A stretch of 64,000 nucleotides of DNA from Mobula hypostoma (lineage: Eukaryota), in NCBI RefSeq assembly GCF_963921235.1, contig NC_086097.1, forward strand, positions 235,354,001-235,418,000, in the 5' to 3' direction. Positions 13,481 to 26,599 of this stretch are shown one piece after another. A program made the position numbers and the translations under genes. How positions within the stretch are numbered: the first letter of the stretch is position 1; every line of letters starts with the position of its first letter. The notes beneath the pieces were generated by a model. That model was not told the origin of the DNA and ran no database searches. It saw only the letters and a list, made by a program, of their open reading frames with translations.

Positions 13481-13689
13481 ATTTATGCTGGTAAGCCTCT
13501 TTCTCTTAGTATACTTATAAATGCTTTATTTGCCAACAGCATCCAAATCCTGTAAGTAAATAGGAAAAACCATTGGAAACATTTTCTTAAAGGCTGTATC
13601 TGCTGAATGGTTTATCCTCCTTAATAATTAAGACTCAGTGAGACTTCTGCAGCATACAATGAAACAAAGCTTGCCCACAGTTCGAATAA

Positions 13690-14110
13690 TACACTGTTGG
13701 GCACCAGTCTCCCCAGCGTTCAGGAGCAATGCCTGAAAAAGGCAGCATCCATCATTTAGGACCCCACCACCTAGGACATGCCCTCTTCTCATTGTTACCA
13801 TCACGGAGGAAGTACAGGAGTCTGAAGACACACCCTCAATGATCCAGGAACAGCTTCTAACAGCTTTTTCCCTTTGCCATCAGATTTCTGAATGGACATT
13901 GAACTTATGAGCAATATCCTACTACATTTTTGTACTATATTAATTTAACTAATATATATTAATTTGACTAATATATATATGTGTGTATGTATATATATGT
14001 ATATAAACTTACTGTAATTCTTGTTATTAATGTGTATTGCATTGTATTGCGGATGCAAAACAACACATTTCATGACATATGCCAATGATATTAAACCTGT
14101 TTCTGATTTT
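13690..14110 (+). mobile_element. Rex/L2-type LINE 3' fragment
   Basis: KAASII.DP..PGHALFSLLP family motif; ttctga tail. Confidence 0.7.
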
Positions 14111-14792
14111 GACTGTTAGAAGCATAGAGAAGAGCAATAATTTATCAATCACATAAATTAAAATAGATTCATAGCATTTTCAAAGGATAAAATGTGACAT
14201 TTCTGTCAGCTTCGGTAATTGTATTTTTAAACTCTCTGGATATTATTCCTAAAGTTTGTAACCTTTTCAACATAATAGCATTTCATTTAGACACAAAGAA
14301 TAAAGGTCATGTTTGACTTTTAACTTAAGATTAGCATCAGTTATCCCTTAAACAAAACAGCAAGAAGTTAAAAACTGATTCAAAGGCTATCAGTCTCATA
14401 ACAGAAACTATTTTGTAGAAGCACCCAGGAGATGATCTTTTGCCCCTCAGTTTTGTTTCAAAGAGTAGAACCCACGGCATGATTTGAGCTTTATAAATTT
14501 TTAACATACATTATTGCAATGCCAATATTTTTCAGCTCAGTTAAAAGGTTCAAATGTCCCAATTCTATTTACTTCTTCAGGATGAAAAGATGTTTAACCT
14601 GAAAAAGCATTCCAGATCATGTTTTTATTTTCATTAAATACTTCCATTCTCACCAGAAGCTGACTGTTTTACATCTTTTATATTTCAGCCTGAATTCATA
14701 ACAAATTCCAGTATAATTCATTGAAGTTATTACTAGCAAATAATTGGAAACAGTGTCAAAATAGTTGTTGTGATGTGTCTAGTATGGTAGTG

Positions 14793-15365
14793 TAGTGGGT
14801 AGTGCTTGTCCCTCACACTTTCAGTTTCCAGCACTTGCTAACAGTCTGGTGAAAAGGACAGCTGAAGGTGTAAGCCTTACACATAGTCTCTCCAAAAGCA
14901 AGCCTCATGTAGTGCCTCCTCGCTGGCGACATATGGAAACTGAACTCCTCTTGGACTCAAGCTGAACTATGGAGGACGGGGAAGAGGCCTGGTCCCTACA
15001 TACATAGCACACAGGCCCTCTAGCATGTGGACACACCATGGTGCTCGTGAACCAGATCCTCAGCTATGGGTAAGTAGCCCCACTGCCTTGTGGGCAGCCT
15101 CGGGAGAGGCAAAGGCTACGGGAGTAAACCCAGACAGCAAATCTGGAGTGGAGCCCCTAAGGTGCCTAGATGTCATTGAACATCCTTCCAGCAGCTCTTG
15201 CAGCCAAGCTGGTGCCAAATGTATTGCTTTATAAGTTTTCCTTTAGACTACACTGGTGAGGCAGAGAGGGGGATCTTGACAACTGGGCGTCTCAGGATCT
15301 CCATTCTGTGTGCCTGTGTTGATGATCTTCATCACCCATTGTACTTCGAGACAGACGGATGCCAA
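14793..15365 (+). mobile_element. Non-autonomous retroposon with a 5' HDV-like ribozyme
   Basis: 3' half homologous to 18412-18660; ribozyme fold at the 5' end. Confidence 0.6.
14804..14975 (+). ncRNA. HDV-like self-cleaving ribozyme (partly decayed)
   Basis: P3/L3 gcc-tcctcgct-ggc (14914-14927); P2 cctcatgtagt / actatggagg; GG for P1.1 (14935-14936); J4/2 ctga; imperfect P1 gcttgtc / gacatat. Confidence 0.65.
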
Positions 15366-15589
15366 CCAATTGGAAGCATCTTCACTTTACATCCACTAAT
15401 GTTAATTGAACACATTCAATAATTAATTTGATTGACATGTTATTCTTATATTTTGATAATATGGGGAAAGTATTCTTCAGTTTGTGGATCTTATCATGGA
15501 AGTAAATATAAATAAGGAATCATTTCAGGAGGTATATTGTATACATTTCTCTGTCATTAAATTGAACCTGTGAACCTTTGAGAATCGTT

Positions 15590-15975
15590 CGTTCTTTATG
15601 TGCCATGTTGTATGACCTGAGTGATCATGTTCCTTCCATGACCATGGTTGTTTTTGGCAAACTTTTCTACAGAAGTGGTGTGATATTGCCTTCTTCACAG
15701 CAGTGTTTTTACAAGATGGGTGACTGTAGCCATTATTGATACTGTTCAGAGATTGTCTACCTGGCGTCAGTGGTTGCATGAGTAGGACTTGTGATATGCA
15801 CCAGCTGCTCACACAACCATCCACCATCTGCTCCCGTGGATTCATATGACCGTGATGGTGGGAAGGGGGGCTAAGCAGGTGCTACACCTTATCCAAGGGT
15901 GACCTGCAGACTAGCAGAGTGAAGGAGCTCTTTACACCTCCTTTAATAGAGACTTTTCTCCGCCTCACCACCCAG
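15590..15975 (-). mobile_element. SINE-like retroposon, copy 2
   Basis: Homology with 10170-10548. Confidence 0.7.
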
Positions 15976-16184
15976 ATAAGGAATACTGATATCATTGCTG
16001 GGTAAACCAGTCTTTTAATTGCTCAACAAGCATATTAAAAATATCCAATTAAACAAGTTAAGCAGAAATGTGACCAAATTAAGAATATCACTTGTTTGAT
16101 GACAAATCTGGAGTAAATCAAGAATAATACCACTGAAATTTAAAAAAAAATTAATACTGCAGTAGTTTTCATTTCAATACAGGA

Positions 16185-17010
16185 GGGGGAGCTTAGAAGG
16201 ATTAATGGGACCTAATGGCGACTCCTTTGCCTGCATCTTTGGAAACAGCTGTACTTCCATCTTTAATATCTCTATTATTCCCTTTCAGGGTTCTTTTGAA
16301 GGCCCTGACCTGGAGTTACATGCTGACTACGGTTCTTTGCGAGAATGGGACCTGCTCTCGGGGTTTCACAACTGGCCATAATTTGGCACGCCAAGAGCTT
16401 GGCCTAAGAGCTCAGTTCGCCTTCGGAGGACTGAGATCTTGTGGCTGAGGATCAAAGGTTGGTGTCACGGCTGGAGATCGGTGTTTCGTCGGGGGGAGTC
16501 GAAGGATCTATGGCTGTGTTCCCAGAGACCTGACATTTTTGGGCACAGAGCTCGGAAAAATCGACACAACGGACTTTTAACATGGTAAACCACCAAGTTG
16601 TTTGTTATGTCTCTCCTCTCACTGTAAAACGGAGATACCTCTTTCTCCCTTATTAGGGAGAGGGAGGGCCTATGGTATGTCGAATACCGGGTGAACAAGT
16701 AGTCTTTGGGGTAATGCAAGTCTGTGTCTTTGCTGTTGCTTTGCTCACACTCGAGTACTTGGTGGCAGGTGCCAATGCTTTTTTTAGGCCGGTGGGGGAA
16801 AGGGGGATCATTGCTTGCTGTCACTTACGCACAGGAGGGAGGGGAGCTGGAGGGGGGCTTTGGGGTTCTAGCATTTAACTCCCATTCATTCTTTGGGGGG
16901 ACTCCTCTGTTTTCATGGATGGTTGTGAAGAAAAAGCATTTCAGGATGAATATTGTATACATTTCTCTGACATTAAATGTATCTTTGAAACATCTGAAAC
17001 CTTTGAAGGT
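16185..17010 (+). mobile_element. Unclassified GC-richer repeat with an L2-like 3' tail
   Basis: Composition shift; ends tttctctgacattaaa...ctttgaa-type repeats. Confidence 0.45.
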
Positions 17011-17134
17011 CACCATTACAGGCGATTCATGACTGGCAGATCCCTTTGTCCTGTTTGTAATCATATTTGAAAGTAACAAAGTGCTTCACTTCCCAGTTTG
17101 AGACTCATGAGATGCTAACCTTTTGGTTAAACCA

Positions 17135-17290
17135 AGCAACACACATCAAAGTTGCTGGTGAACGCAGCAGGCCAGGCAGCATCTCTAGGAAGAGGTGCAG
17201 TCGACGTTTCAGGCCGAGACCCTTCGTCAGGACTAACTGAAGGAAGAGTGAGTAAGGGATTTGAAAGTTGGAGGGGAAGGGGGAGATTCA
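17135..17290 (-). mobile_element. Young Penelope pLTR fragment
   Basis: Near-identical to 40295-40450. Confidence 0.85.
17199..17234 (-). ncRNA. Minimal type I hammerhead ribozyme
   Basis: Minus strand reads agtc-CTGACGA-agg(gtctcgg)cct-GAAA-cg-TC-gact. Confidence 0.8.
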
Positions 17291-17532
17291 AGCATTGGTT
17301 TTAGGGGTGGAGTTAGTAAGTTTGTTATGTTGACACTGAAGCATGGTAACACTTGCTGGCTGCCTCCAGCACATCTTTGGGCTGTGGTGGTCATTGACTT
17401 GATTTATAATAATTAATTAAAGTTCCTTATGTCCGTTAAACTCCTGATTCATCATTAATTTTACCGTGTTTAGCATGTCTTTTGTGAAGTCAGACACAAA
17501 ACAACTTTTATCCCTATAATCTCACTATCTGG

Positions 17533-18660
17533 TAGTGGGTAGTGGCTCCTTCTGTCACTACTACAGGGCGTGACGACCCTGCTTTACACGAGTCCTGGGC
17601 TCAGCTGGCTCCGGCTGACAGTACACGGTATGGGCCCCTATCCAGGGTTACAGATCCCACAGCCTTGTGGGTATCTTCAGGAGAAGAGAAGGCTAAAGGC
17701 TGATTTATACTTGTGCGTACTAGCTTACGCTGTAGCCAACTTGTGCGTTGGTGTGTCTGCGTCACGCTGCAATTCACTGCCAAAACGCTAGTTGGCGGTG
17801 GGGTTTCTATGTCACTGTGTTGAGTTTCTTCGTGTTGAAACTCAGCACGAAGAAACTCAAACTTTAAACAATGGGAACTGAAACCGAAGGAGGGTGAATT
17901 TTCTGTGCTTGTCTGACCACTGAGAGACACGGACGTGTAAATGCATTTCAAATATTTTCGGATGTCGGCAGGTAGATTTGACGATTTGGTTCATCGTCTC
18001 CAACCATTAATATAGCATTAGTGTACGCACAGTATACTCAGAAACTGGCAATCACCATTCGAGTTTCAGCTTCAGGTGGAAGTCAACAGGCTGTAGCAGC
18101 TCGCTACAAACTGGTGTCAAGCACAGGGTCCTCCATAATTTCGGAGGTATGTAAAGCTTTATGGAAAGGATTGCAGCCAGAGTTCCTCACCTGCCATTCA
18201 GTCGCCCAATGGGAAGTTATTGCAGTGTAGGAGGAAATGCGATGCTACCACTCACAGTTGTTGTGGTCTGCATTGCCGCGATGTGTAGTTACATTTTGGG
18301 AGAGGTGCGCGTTAGGCTACGGCGTAGGGTTTGCATAGGGTACAGCGTAGGGTGCGCCGCTACGTTGTACCTACGGCATCCATTTGACGCACAAGTATAA
18401 ATCAGCCTTAAGGAGTAAACCCTACACCAATCTGGAGTGGAGCCCCTAAGGCGGTTGGACGAGGTATCACGTTACCTCCCAGCAGCTCCTGCAGCCAAGC
18501 TGATGCCAAATGTACTGCTTCGCATTCCTTTGGAACACATCCGCGTGGCGGAGAGGGGGATCTTGATGTCTGGCCAGCCCAGGATCTCCATATTCATCGC
18601 CCAGGTCTGTGCCCCGGAACGGGTGCATCCATTGTCTACTTAGACAGACGGAGCCATTGA
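17533..18660 (+). mobile_element. Retroposon related to 14793-15365, split by a Harbinger insertion
   Basis: gaaggctaa|ggagtaaacc rejoins across the insertion; 3' part homologous to 15120-15365. Confidence 0.6.
17697..18408 (+). mobile_element. Non-autonomous PIF/Harbinger DNA transposon
   Basis: Perfect 22-bp TIR aggctgatttatacttgtgcgt; TAA TSD (17694-17696, 18409-18411); ORF 18021..18230 KLAITIR..ASG.SQ...IISEVCKALW is Harbinger transposase-like. Confidence 0.92.
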
Positions 18661-18892
18661 ATCTCACTATTTAGCCAACAAAGGATCAATGATTATTTTG
18701 GGAATTTTCTACTTAATTACTTGGAAAATGTGATTAGAAACCGTTTAGTAAATATTGTACTAATTTGTTAATATTTTCTATATTTTTTTCCACTGTGTCA
18801 TTTTCTGGCCATTTTGGTCTCCAAAGGTCACTCGATCTTCAAAACATTATTCTCCTTGAGAAAATTAACTGCAATTTAAACCCACGTCTAAT

Positions 18893-18995
18893 CCAGTCTT
18901 GATGAATGGCGTTAGCCCAAAATGTTGACTGTTTATTGCCCTCCTTAGATTCTGCCTGACTTGTTGAGTTCCTCCAGCACTTTGCCTGTGTTGCT
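18893..18995 (+). mobile_element. Old Penelope pLTR fragment
   Basis: cagtcttgatgaa...aaatgttgactg degenerate hammerhead region. Confidence 0.55.
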
Positions 18996-19394
18996 TTTCC
19001 TAATCTTATCTTATTTAGCTATTTATGCACAGTTTGCTTTGCATATTATATTTTTACTTTAGGTGGTAATTGAGAATTATAAAAGATTCAATAAATGGTT
19101 ATTTTTCCAAAGGTTATACCTTTAATCTACAATCCCACCTAACATTTGCTGATCACTCTACAGCACGTAGTTTTATTTAAATTAAATTCTCTAGTTTTAT
19201 ACTTATCCTACTCAAAGCGAAATGTTAATACGTTATAACCACAGTTTTCTAACAGATCTCTAAATCTGAGTTGGGCATTGAATTCCATTACACTAGCTCT
19301 AGTCTGTCCTATTTGTTGTCCTGTTCTGCGAAATCATGTCAAAGTCCAATGTTCAAAGTATATTTAATGTCAGATTACATAAATGTCACCAGAT

Positions 19395-19980
19395 ATAAGG
19401 CTGGGAATTCTGCGGTGTGTAACTCACCTCTTGACTCCCCAAAGACTGTCCACCATCTACAGGGCTAAGGTCAGGAGTGTAATGGAATACTCAACACTCA
19501 CCTGGGTGAGTGCAGCTTCATCAACGATCAAGAAGTTTGGCATCATCCAGTACAAGACAGCCCATTTGATTGGTACCCCTTCCACAAGCATCCAATCCCT
19601 CCACTATTAACGAACAGTTTTAGCAGTGTGTACTATCTACAAGATGCACTACAACAACACATCAAATTTCCTAAGGCAGCACCTTCCAGACTGACAACCA
19701 CTACCATCCAGAAGGATGAGAACAACAGGTACCTGGGAACACCACCGCTTGGAAATCCCCCTCCAAGTCACTCAGCAACCTGACTTGGAAACATATCACC
19801 ATTCCTTCATTGTTGCTGTGTCAAAGTCATGGAATTCTCTCCCGAACAGCACTGCAGGTGTACCTGCACCTCAGCGGTTTAAGAAGGCAGCTCATCACCA
19901 CGTTCTCAGGGGCAACCAGGAATGGTCAATAAATGCTGCCTTAGCTGGTGAAACCAACATCCCATAAATGAATAAATAAC
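19395..19980 (+). mobile_element. CR1-group (L2/Daphne-like) LINE 3' fragment
   Basis: LSTIYRAKVRSVMEYS and WNSLP motifs; related tail at 41985-42120. Confidence 0.7.
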
Positions 19981-20611
19981 AAAAAAACACCCTGAGATTC
20001 ATGTCAGATGCACAGAAGGAGAGAATAGAGAAGAAAAATATTGGTATCATTTTCTGAAGCTGTCATATGAGGTAGCAATTATCTCTTCAGTGCAGATGGA
20101 CTTTAATGCAGACTTGTATGAGGTTTTATACTTTGCGAGGACAGACCAGGGTAGGATTTATATGGTGAGTGGTAGGGTATTGAGGAGCGTGCTAGAGTCG
20201 TAGAGTTATAAAAAGGCACTGCACAGAAACAGGCCACATGGCCCATTAGGCTGAGTTGAACCATTTAAACTGCCGACTGCCATCGGGTCCATAGCCCTCT
20301 ATTCCCCTACCATCCATGTATCCACCCAAACTTCTCTTCAATGTTGAAATTGAGCTTGGAGCTTGTGCTGGCAGTTCACTGCACACACTCACATCCGTCT
20401 GAGTGAAGAAGGTCCCCCTCATAACCCCTCAAGTAGGAGCAGAAGTAGGACTTTTGACCCACCAGGTCTGCTCTGCCATTTCATAGACCGTAAGACCATG
20501 ATACACATTAGCAGAATTAGGCCATTCAGCCCATCGAGTCTGCTCCATCATCATGGCTGATCCTTGATCCCACTCAAACCCATACACCTGCCTTCTCGTC
20601 ATATCTTTCAG

Positions 20612-21564
20612 CAGGGGTCCCCAACCTTTTTTGCACCGTGGACCGGTTTAATATTGACAATATTCCTGCGGACTGGCCGACGGGGTGGGGGAGTGTTAAT
20701 CACAACCGGAATATAGGTGATAAGTGGCAAACAAACTCAATTTTGTTTCTAAAAGGACTTATCTAACAAATTTAATAATAAACACAGCGCATATTTTCCT
20801 TGCATGAATATAATGATAAGTCAATTATAAGTCAATAGCATCATAACATTTTAAGTAGTGTTTGGATATCAAACACACAGCGCATATTTTCCTCGTAAGC
20901 ACATATAAAATCATTGGAACACACTAATATCGCTGAAACAGTGGGAGGCCTGGGCTTGTTTTCCGCAACAAGATTGTGCCATCGAGGGGTGAAGGGAGAC
21001 AGCGATACTCGAAGGGGGTTCATTATGTCCAGTCTATTCCGCTTCACAGAGATATGATGTTGGAAATGGAAGCAATGTTTTCAGTGCTTTTGTGGCTATC
21101 TCAGGATATTTAGCCTTGACTTTGATCCAGAATGCCAGCAGAGATGTTATGTTAATCATCCTTTCAGCCCGCTGTCATTCGCAAGCTCGAGGAGTTGATC
21201 TTCTTCCCGTGCTGACATGGATGACGTGTGCGTAATGACCTCGTATGTGTTCAAGTTTCCAGAAATCTGGCTTTTTTCCAATGTGGTTGGCGACAGAAAA
21301 TTCATTTGGCTTTTTGGCTTGTTCCTGGCTTTTTTACATGCTAAAATTATCTGCACGTTAATTATATACCATCCTTTTTCTAAAACATTTTCCTTTAAGA
21401 AAAATGTTCTTTGGTCAGTTACATTTGGCAATATTTCTGCCGCCAACAGTCTGGGCAAGAAGGTGCCAACTGGCAAGTCGACAACACAGTCACATCGCCA
21501 AATCATATTGTTTCCTCGCGGCCCTGTAGCACATGCATTGCGGCCCAGTGGTTGGGGACCACTG
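20612..21564 (-). mobile_element. Internally deleted hAT-Charlie transposon
   Basis: TIRs caggggtccccaacc / ggttggggaccactg; minus-strand EEDQLLELANDSGLK and RNRLDI.NPLRVSLSP transposase C-terminal remnants. Confidence 0.85.
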
Positions 21565-22140
21565 CTTTATGATGTCCTGATCGTTCAGGAAACTATCAAC
21601 TTCCACCTTAAGTACACCCATTGTCTTGGCCTCCACTGCAGTCTGTGGCAGAGCATTCCACAGATTCACTACACTCTTGCTAAAAAAATTTCTCCTTACC
21701 TCTGTTTTAAAAGGTCGCCCCTCAATTTTGAGACTATGCCCTCTAGTTCTGGATACCTCGTCATAGGAAACATCCTCACCACATACACCCTATCCAGTCC
21801 TTTCAGCATTCAGTAGGATTCAGTGAGATCCCCCCACATTCTTCTAAACTCTAATGCGTACAGGACCAAAGCTGCCAAACACTCCTCATATGTTAACCCC
21901 TTAGTTTCAGAACTATCCTCCTGAACCTCCTCTGGACTCTCTCCAATGACAACACATCCTTTCTGAGATATGGGGCACAAAACTGTTGACAATACTCCAA
22001 GTCCGGCCTGACTAGGGTCTTATAAAACCTCAGCATTATCTCAAACAACAGGAATTCTGCAGATGCTGGAAATTCAAGCAACACACATCAAAGTTGCAGG
22101 TGAACACAGCAGGCCAGGCAGCATCTCTAGGAAGAGGTAC

Positions 22141-22176
22141 CGTCGACGTTTCAGGCCCAGACCCTTCGTCAGGACT
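22141..22176 (-). ncRNA. Minimal hammerhead ribozyme (one stem I mismatch)
   Basis: CTGACGA and GAAAcgTC core intact. Confidence 0.7.
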
Positions 22177-22814
22177 AAATGAAGGAAGAGTTAGTAAGAG
22201 ATTTGAAAGTGGGAGGGGGAGGGGGAGATCCAAAATGATAGGAGAAGGCACAAAGGGGAGGGATGGAGCCAAGAGCTGGACAGGTGATTGGCAAAAGGGA
22301 TACGAGAGGATCATGGGACCGGAGGTCCGGGAAGAAAGACAAGGTGGGGGGGGGAACCCAGAGGATGGGCAAGGGGTATAGTCAGAGGGACAGAGGGAGA
22401 AAAAGGAGAGTGAGAGAAAGAATGTGTGTATAAAAATAAATAACAGATGGGGTACGAGGGGGAGGTGGGGCATTAGCGGAAGTCAATGTTCATGTCATCA
22501 GGTTGGAGGCTACCCAGATGGAATATAAGGTGTTGTTCCTCCAACCTGAGTGTCGCTTCATCTTTACAGTAGAGGAGGTTGTGGATAGACATGTCAGAAT
22601 GGGAATGGGATGTGGAATTAAAATGTGTGGCCACTGGGAGATCCTGCTTTCTCTGGCGGACAGAGCGTAGGTGTTCATGATCCTCTCGTATTCCTTTTGC
22701 CAATCACCTGTCCAGCTCTTGGCTCCATCCCTCCCCTTCCTGTCTTCTCCTATCATTTTGGATCTCCCCCTCCCCCTCCCACTTTCAAATCTCTTACTAA
22801 CTCTTCCTTCAGTT

Positions 22815-22850
22815 AGTCCTGACGAAGGGTCTCGGCCTGAAACATCGACT
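22815..22850 (+). ncRNA. Minimal hammerhead ribozyme (stem III cg>ca variant)
   Basis: agtc-CTGACGA-agg..cct-GAAA-ca-TC-gact. Confidence 0.65.
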
Positions 22851-24169
22851 GTACCTCTTCCTAGAGATGCTGCCTGGCCTGCTGCGTTCACCAGCAACTT
22901 TGATGCTCAGCATTATCTCCTTGCTTTTATATTATATATTCTTTTATATTATATTCTATATCCTTTGAAATAAATGCCAATATTGCCTTTGGTTTCTTTA
23001 CCACAGACTCAACCTGTAAATTAACCTTCTGGGAGTCTTGCCCAAGGACTCCTCAGTCCCTCAGCACTTCTGATATTTGAATCTTCTCTCTATTTATATA
23101 ATAGTCTGCACTATTGTTCCATTTACCAAAATGCATTATCGTACATTTCCCAACACTGCATTCTATACCACCTTTCTGCCCATTTTTCCAATATGTCGAA
23201 GTCCTGCTGCAATCGCATTGCCTCCTAAGCACTACCGACCCCTCCACCTAGCTTCACATCATCTGCAAACTTTGCCCCAGAGCCATCAATTCCATTATCC
23301 AAATCATTGACAAACAATATGAAAAGTAGCAGTCCCAATACTGACCTCTATGGAACACCACTAGTCACTGGCAGCCAACCAGAAAAGGCCCCCTTCATTC
23401 CCACTCACTGCCTCCTGCCTATCAGCCATTCCTCTATCCACGCCAGTACCTTTCCTGTAACACCATAGGATTTCATCTTGTTAAGCAGCCTCATATGTGG
23501 CACCTTATCAAATGCTTTCTGAAAATCCAAGTAAATGGCATCCACTGCCTTCAATTTGTCTACTGTGCTAGTGGGAAGGGGAAGTAGATACCCACGTAGT
23601 CACGGGAATGACAAATAAACTGCTTACAGGCAGTGGCGGGATAGTACTGCAATGCATTGTGTTAACCACTATGCTGTCTTACTGCCCCTTATGTGTCTAA
23701 GGAACAACATGTATATCTTATTTTCATGCATCCAGCAGATGGTGGGAGTGTTAAATAAATCTTGAATGTCACTCCAGTGCTCTTGTTATTCTGATTAATA
23801 ATGCCTTCAACAGCAGCATCACTGTTAACAAGTGAGAAATTAATCTTTTCAAACAGCAGTTATGAAACTTATCAGTCAGCATTTTTAATTTCAAATGTTC
23901 TAAATGTGTCACCTTACCTTTCATGATTTGGAATATTAATTAAATAACATGTACTTGTTTGTGATTTTTAATTAGAACATTACCTTTTGGAATTTGCTGT
24001 AGGCTTGCAGGTAATATGTCTGTGTTTAGACTCTAGTTCCATGGTTATTATGTCTTGTGACTCCCAGGTTGCTTTTGAACAAACTGGATGGCCTCCATTT
24101 ATCTGACAATGTCTATTGCCCTTTATGACTGTCAGAGTATTACTACATAAATTTTATTTACTGATACAT

Positions 24170-25070
24170 TTCTGCACTGTAGACAGAGTGTCTTCACAAC
24201 AGCCTTTACTGTCTGGTTTAGTGCAGCGTCCTCTCACAGTATACAAAAACGACAGCAAACTGCCAGGTTAGCAGCAAAGATCATTTGCTGCAGTGTATCA
24301 GCTCTGCAGAACTTGTATATGCCCAGGACAATGAAACGGTCAGGAAAAATAAATGCTGACACAACCCACCCTGCAGACTGCCTTTTGCGAAAGTTCCCTT
24401 CTGCAAAGCACTGTAGGGCTATCAAAACAAAACAAAAACTTCATGCCGCCTTTAAAGTTTCTTCCCCCAGGCAATTAATCTGATCAAACATTCTAGTTAT
24501 CCCCCTACCCTCTCTATCTATTACCCACATCACTGCACTGCACTGTAAACAATTTCAGAATCAGAATCAGCTATCACAGGCATATGTTGTGAAATTTGTT
24601 CACTTTGTGGCATCAGTTCAATGCAAGATGTGATAAATAGAGAAAACAGAAATGAATTACAGTAAGTATGTTTCCTAAATAGTTGAATTAAAAAAGTAGT
24701 GCAAAAACAGAAATAATAAAAAAAATGAGGTAGTGTCCGTGGGTTCAATGTCCATTTAGAAACGGGACGGCAGAGGGGAAGAAACAGTTCCTGATTTGCT
24801 GAGTGTTTGCCTTCAGGCTTCTGACAATTTCCTCCTCCCTGACAGTAACAATGAGAATTGGACATGTCCTGGATGATGGGGGGGTAGGGGGGTGGTCTTT
24901 GATAATGGACACCTCCTTTCTAAGGCACTGCTCCTCGAAGGTGCCTTGGATACTACAGAGGCTAGCATCCATAATGGAGCTGACTAATTTTACATCTTTC
25001 TGAAGCTTCTTTCGATCCTGTCCAGCAGCATCCCTCCCCCGCTATCACCATACCAGATAGTGATGCAGCC
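24170..25070. mobile_element. Two Rex/L2-type LINE fragments (24170-24550 plus; 24556-25070 minus)
   Basis: Family motifs and tcagaa tandem tail. Confidence 0.65.
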
Positions 25071-25991
25071 TTTAAATCACTTTTTACAATGCTGGTCACT
25101 TTGTAAATACCTGCTGGTATTTATGCATTTTTATTACTCATTTGTACCTTAATCTCCAACTTTATTTTAATATAATTCTGTATTCTTTATAATTTTTTTT
25201 TGTAGAATGTCACACTAAAACATCATAGCAAATCCCTAATATATGTGAATGTATATAACAATTAAAGTAGATCCTTCATAAAATAACTACTAAATAACAA
25301 TTCTTTGGCTGAGGCAGAGTGAGTTCTGGAGGAAGCCATTATACAGACCCTGTTTTTCCTTAAGATTTTTCCATACTATCCATTGGTGCATGGATATCAG
25401 ACTGCCCTCTTATAAACATGGATTAAAAATGTCCTTTAGACATTATGGAAAGCTGCAGTTTTAATAATAGAAGTGTTTATGTTTCAATAATAGCTCCAAC
25501 ACTCCAGCAAATGTAACTAAATCAAGAATTGCATACAAATCTTACAATGCTTCAGAGGCACCTTGGAGCTTTGTTTAGATATTTAAAAAACATCTTTTTT
25601 TCTAATGAGCACCTCAAGGAGGACAGGATATATATGTGCATTTGTCTTCACTCAGATAAATTGCATACTTATTCCATTAAGGGTGTGCAAAACTAATTCT
25701 GAATTGTGCTACCCACTAATTATACGACTGGCTAATTTAATATTTAGGTAACAATTACTATTGACAACAAATCACCATGCAAATTTCAAATGTGATAAAG
25801 TTCATTCAAATTGAATTAGAGCTGAAATTTCATTTGACATTAGCAGCTAACAACATCACAGTTGGAAAACTGACCAAGGGCACATTTTATGTTACTTATT
25901 AAATAAATGTAATTAATATTAAATTTAGCTGCTCCAGTTGCAGCTGAAATCCTTATTCAATGGTATGCAGTGATGGAATTTTACTATCACA

Positions 25992-26423
25992 TGTGTAGCA
26001 GGCTGGGTTAAGTAATTTGAGTGTCCAGGAGATGTGGTAATAAGCATATAGGCACAAGAAAGTAACTTCAGGTTAATTTATTATCATAAAATAGAAAACA
26101 CAAATAAACCACACAAAATACTGCATAGCAAGTCACAAAGATTTGAGGGCTCGCAGTTCCTAGTCACCACACAGTTCTTGTCAGGGGAACTCTGATTCGA
26201 CTTGTAAACCCACTCCTTGGTCCCAGGGTGGGTGAAGTTCCAGTCCGGGTGAAATCCCAACAAAATCGGGAAAGTTATTGCATTTATACAAGTTTTGCAA
26301 GCTCAGAGTCATCAAAAGACACACACATCATTTGTTCTTGTCCATTAACACAGTCTTATAAATCAATAAAACATTTTAATGGTCAGTCCTTGTTATATGA
26401 CTGACAAACAACATTCTTTCACA
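25992..26423 (-). mobile_element. Possible solo LTR
   Basis: TG...CA ends and minus-strand AATAAA; no convincing TSD. Confidence 0.3.
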
Positions 26424-26599
26424 GTACATTAATCTTTACAGGCAAGTGATAAACCTGAATTCTGAAAGAATCCAGCTATTAATCCCACTTGATGGAGATT
26501 CTCACGAACAGCCCTACAGATCCCACATGCTAAAAGTTCAGTAGAGCTAATAGGACTTGATGTTTCAATCCCTATGGTAAGTTGGCACTCTCGATGTTG

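Larger units (their letters stand above)
22043..22905 (-). mobile_element. Penelope insertion with an inverted partial pLTR
   Basis: 14-bp TSD ctcagcattatctc (22029-22042, 22906-22919); arms ~22089-22315 and ~22675-22905 are inverted; GIY-YIG tail between them. Confidence 0.92.
20490..23560 (-). mobile_element. CR1 3' fragment interrupted by a Charlie and a Penelope insertion
   Basis: Collinear CR1 RT pieces (LVRPDLEYC etc.) at 20490-20611, 21565-22042 and 22906-23560. Confidence 0.8.

Noticed and set aside
21217..21816. 199-aa ORF
   Set aside because: Antisense across the Charlie/CR1 junction.
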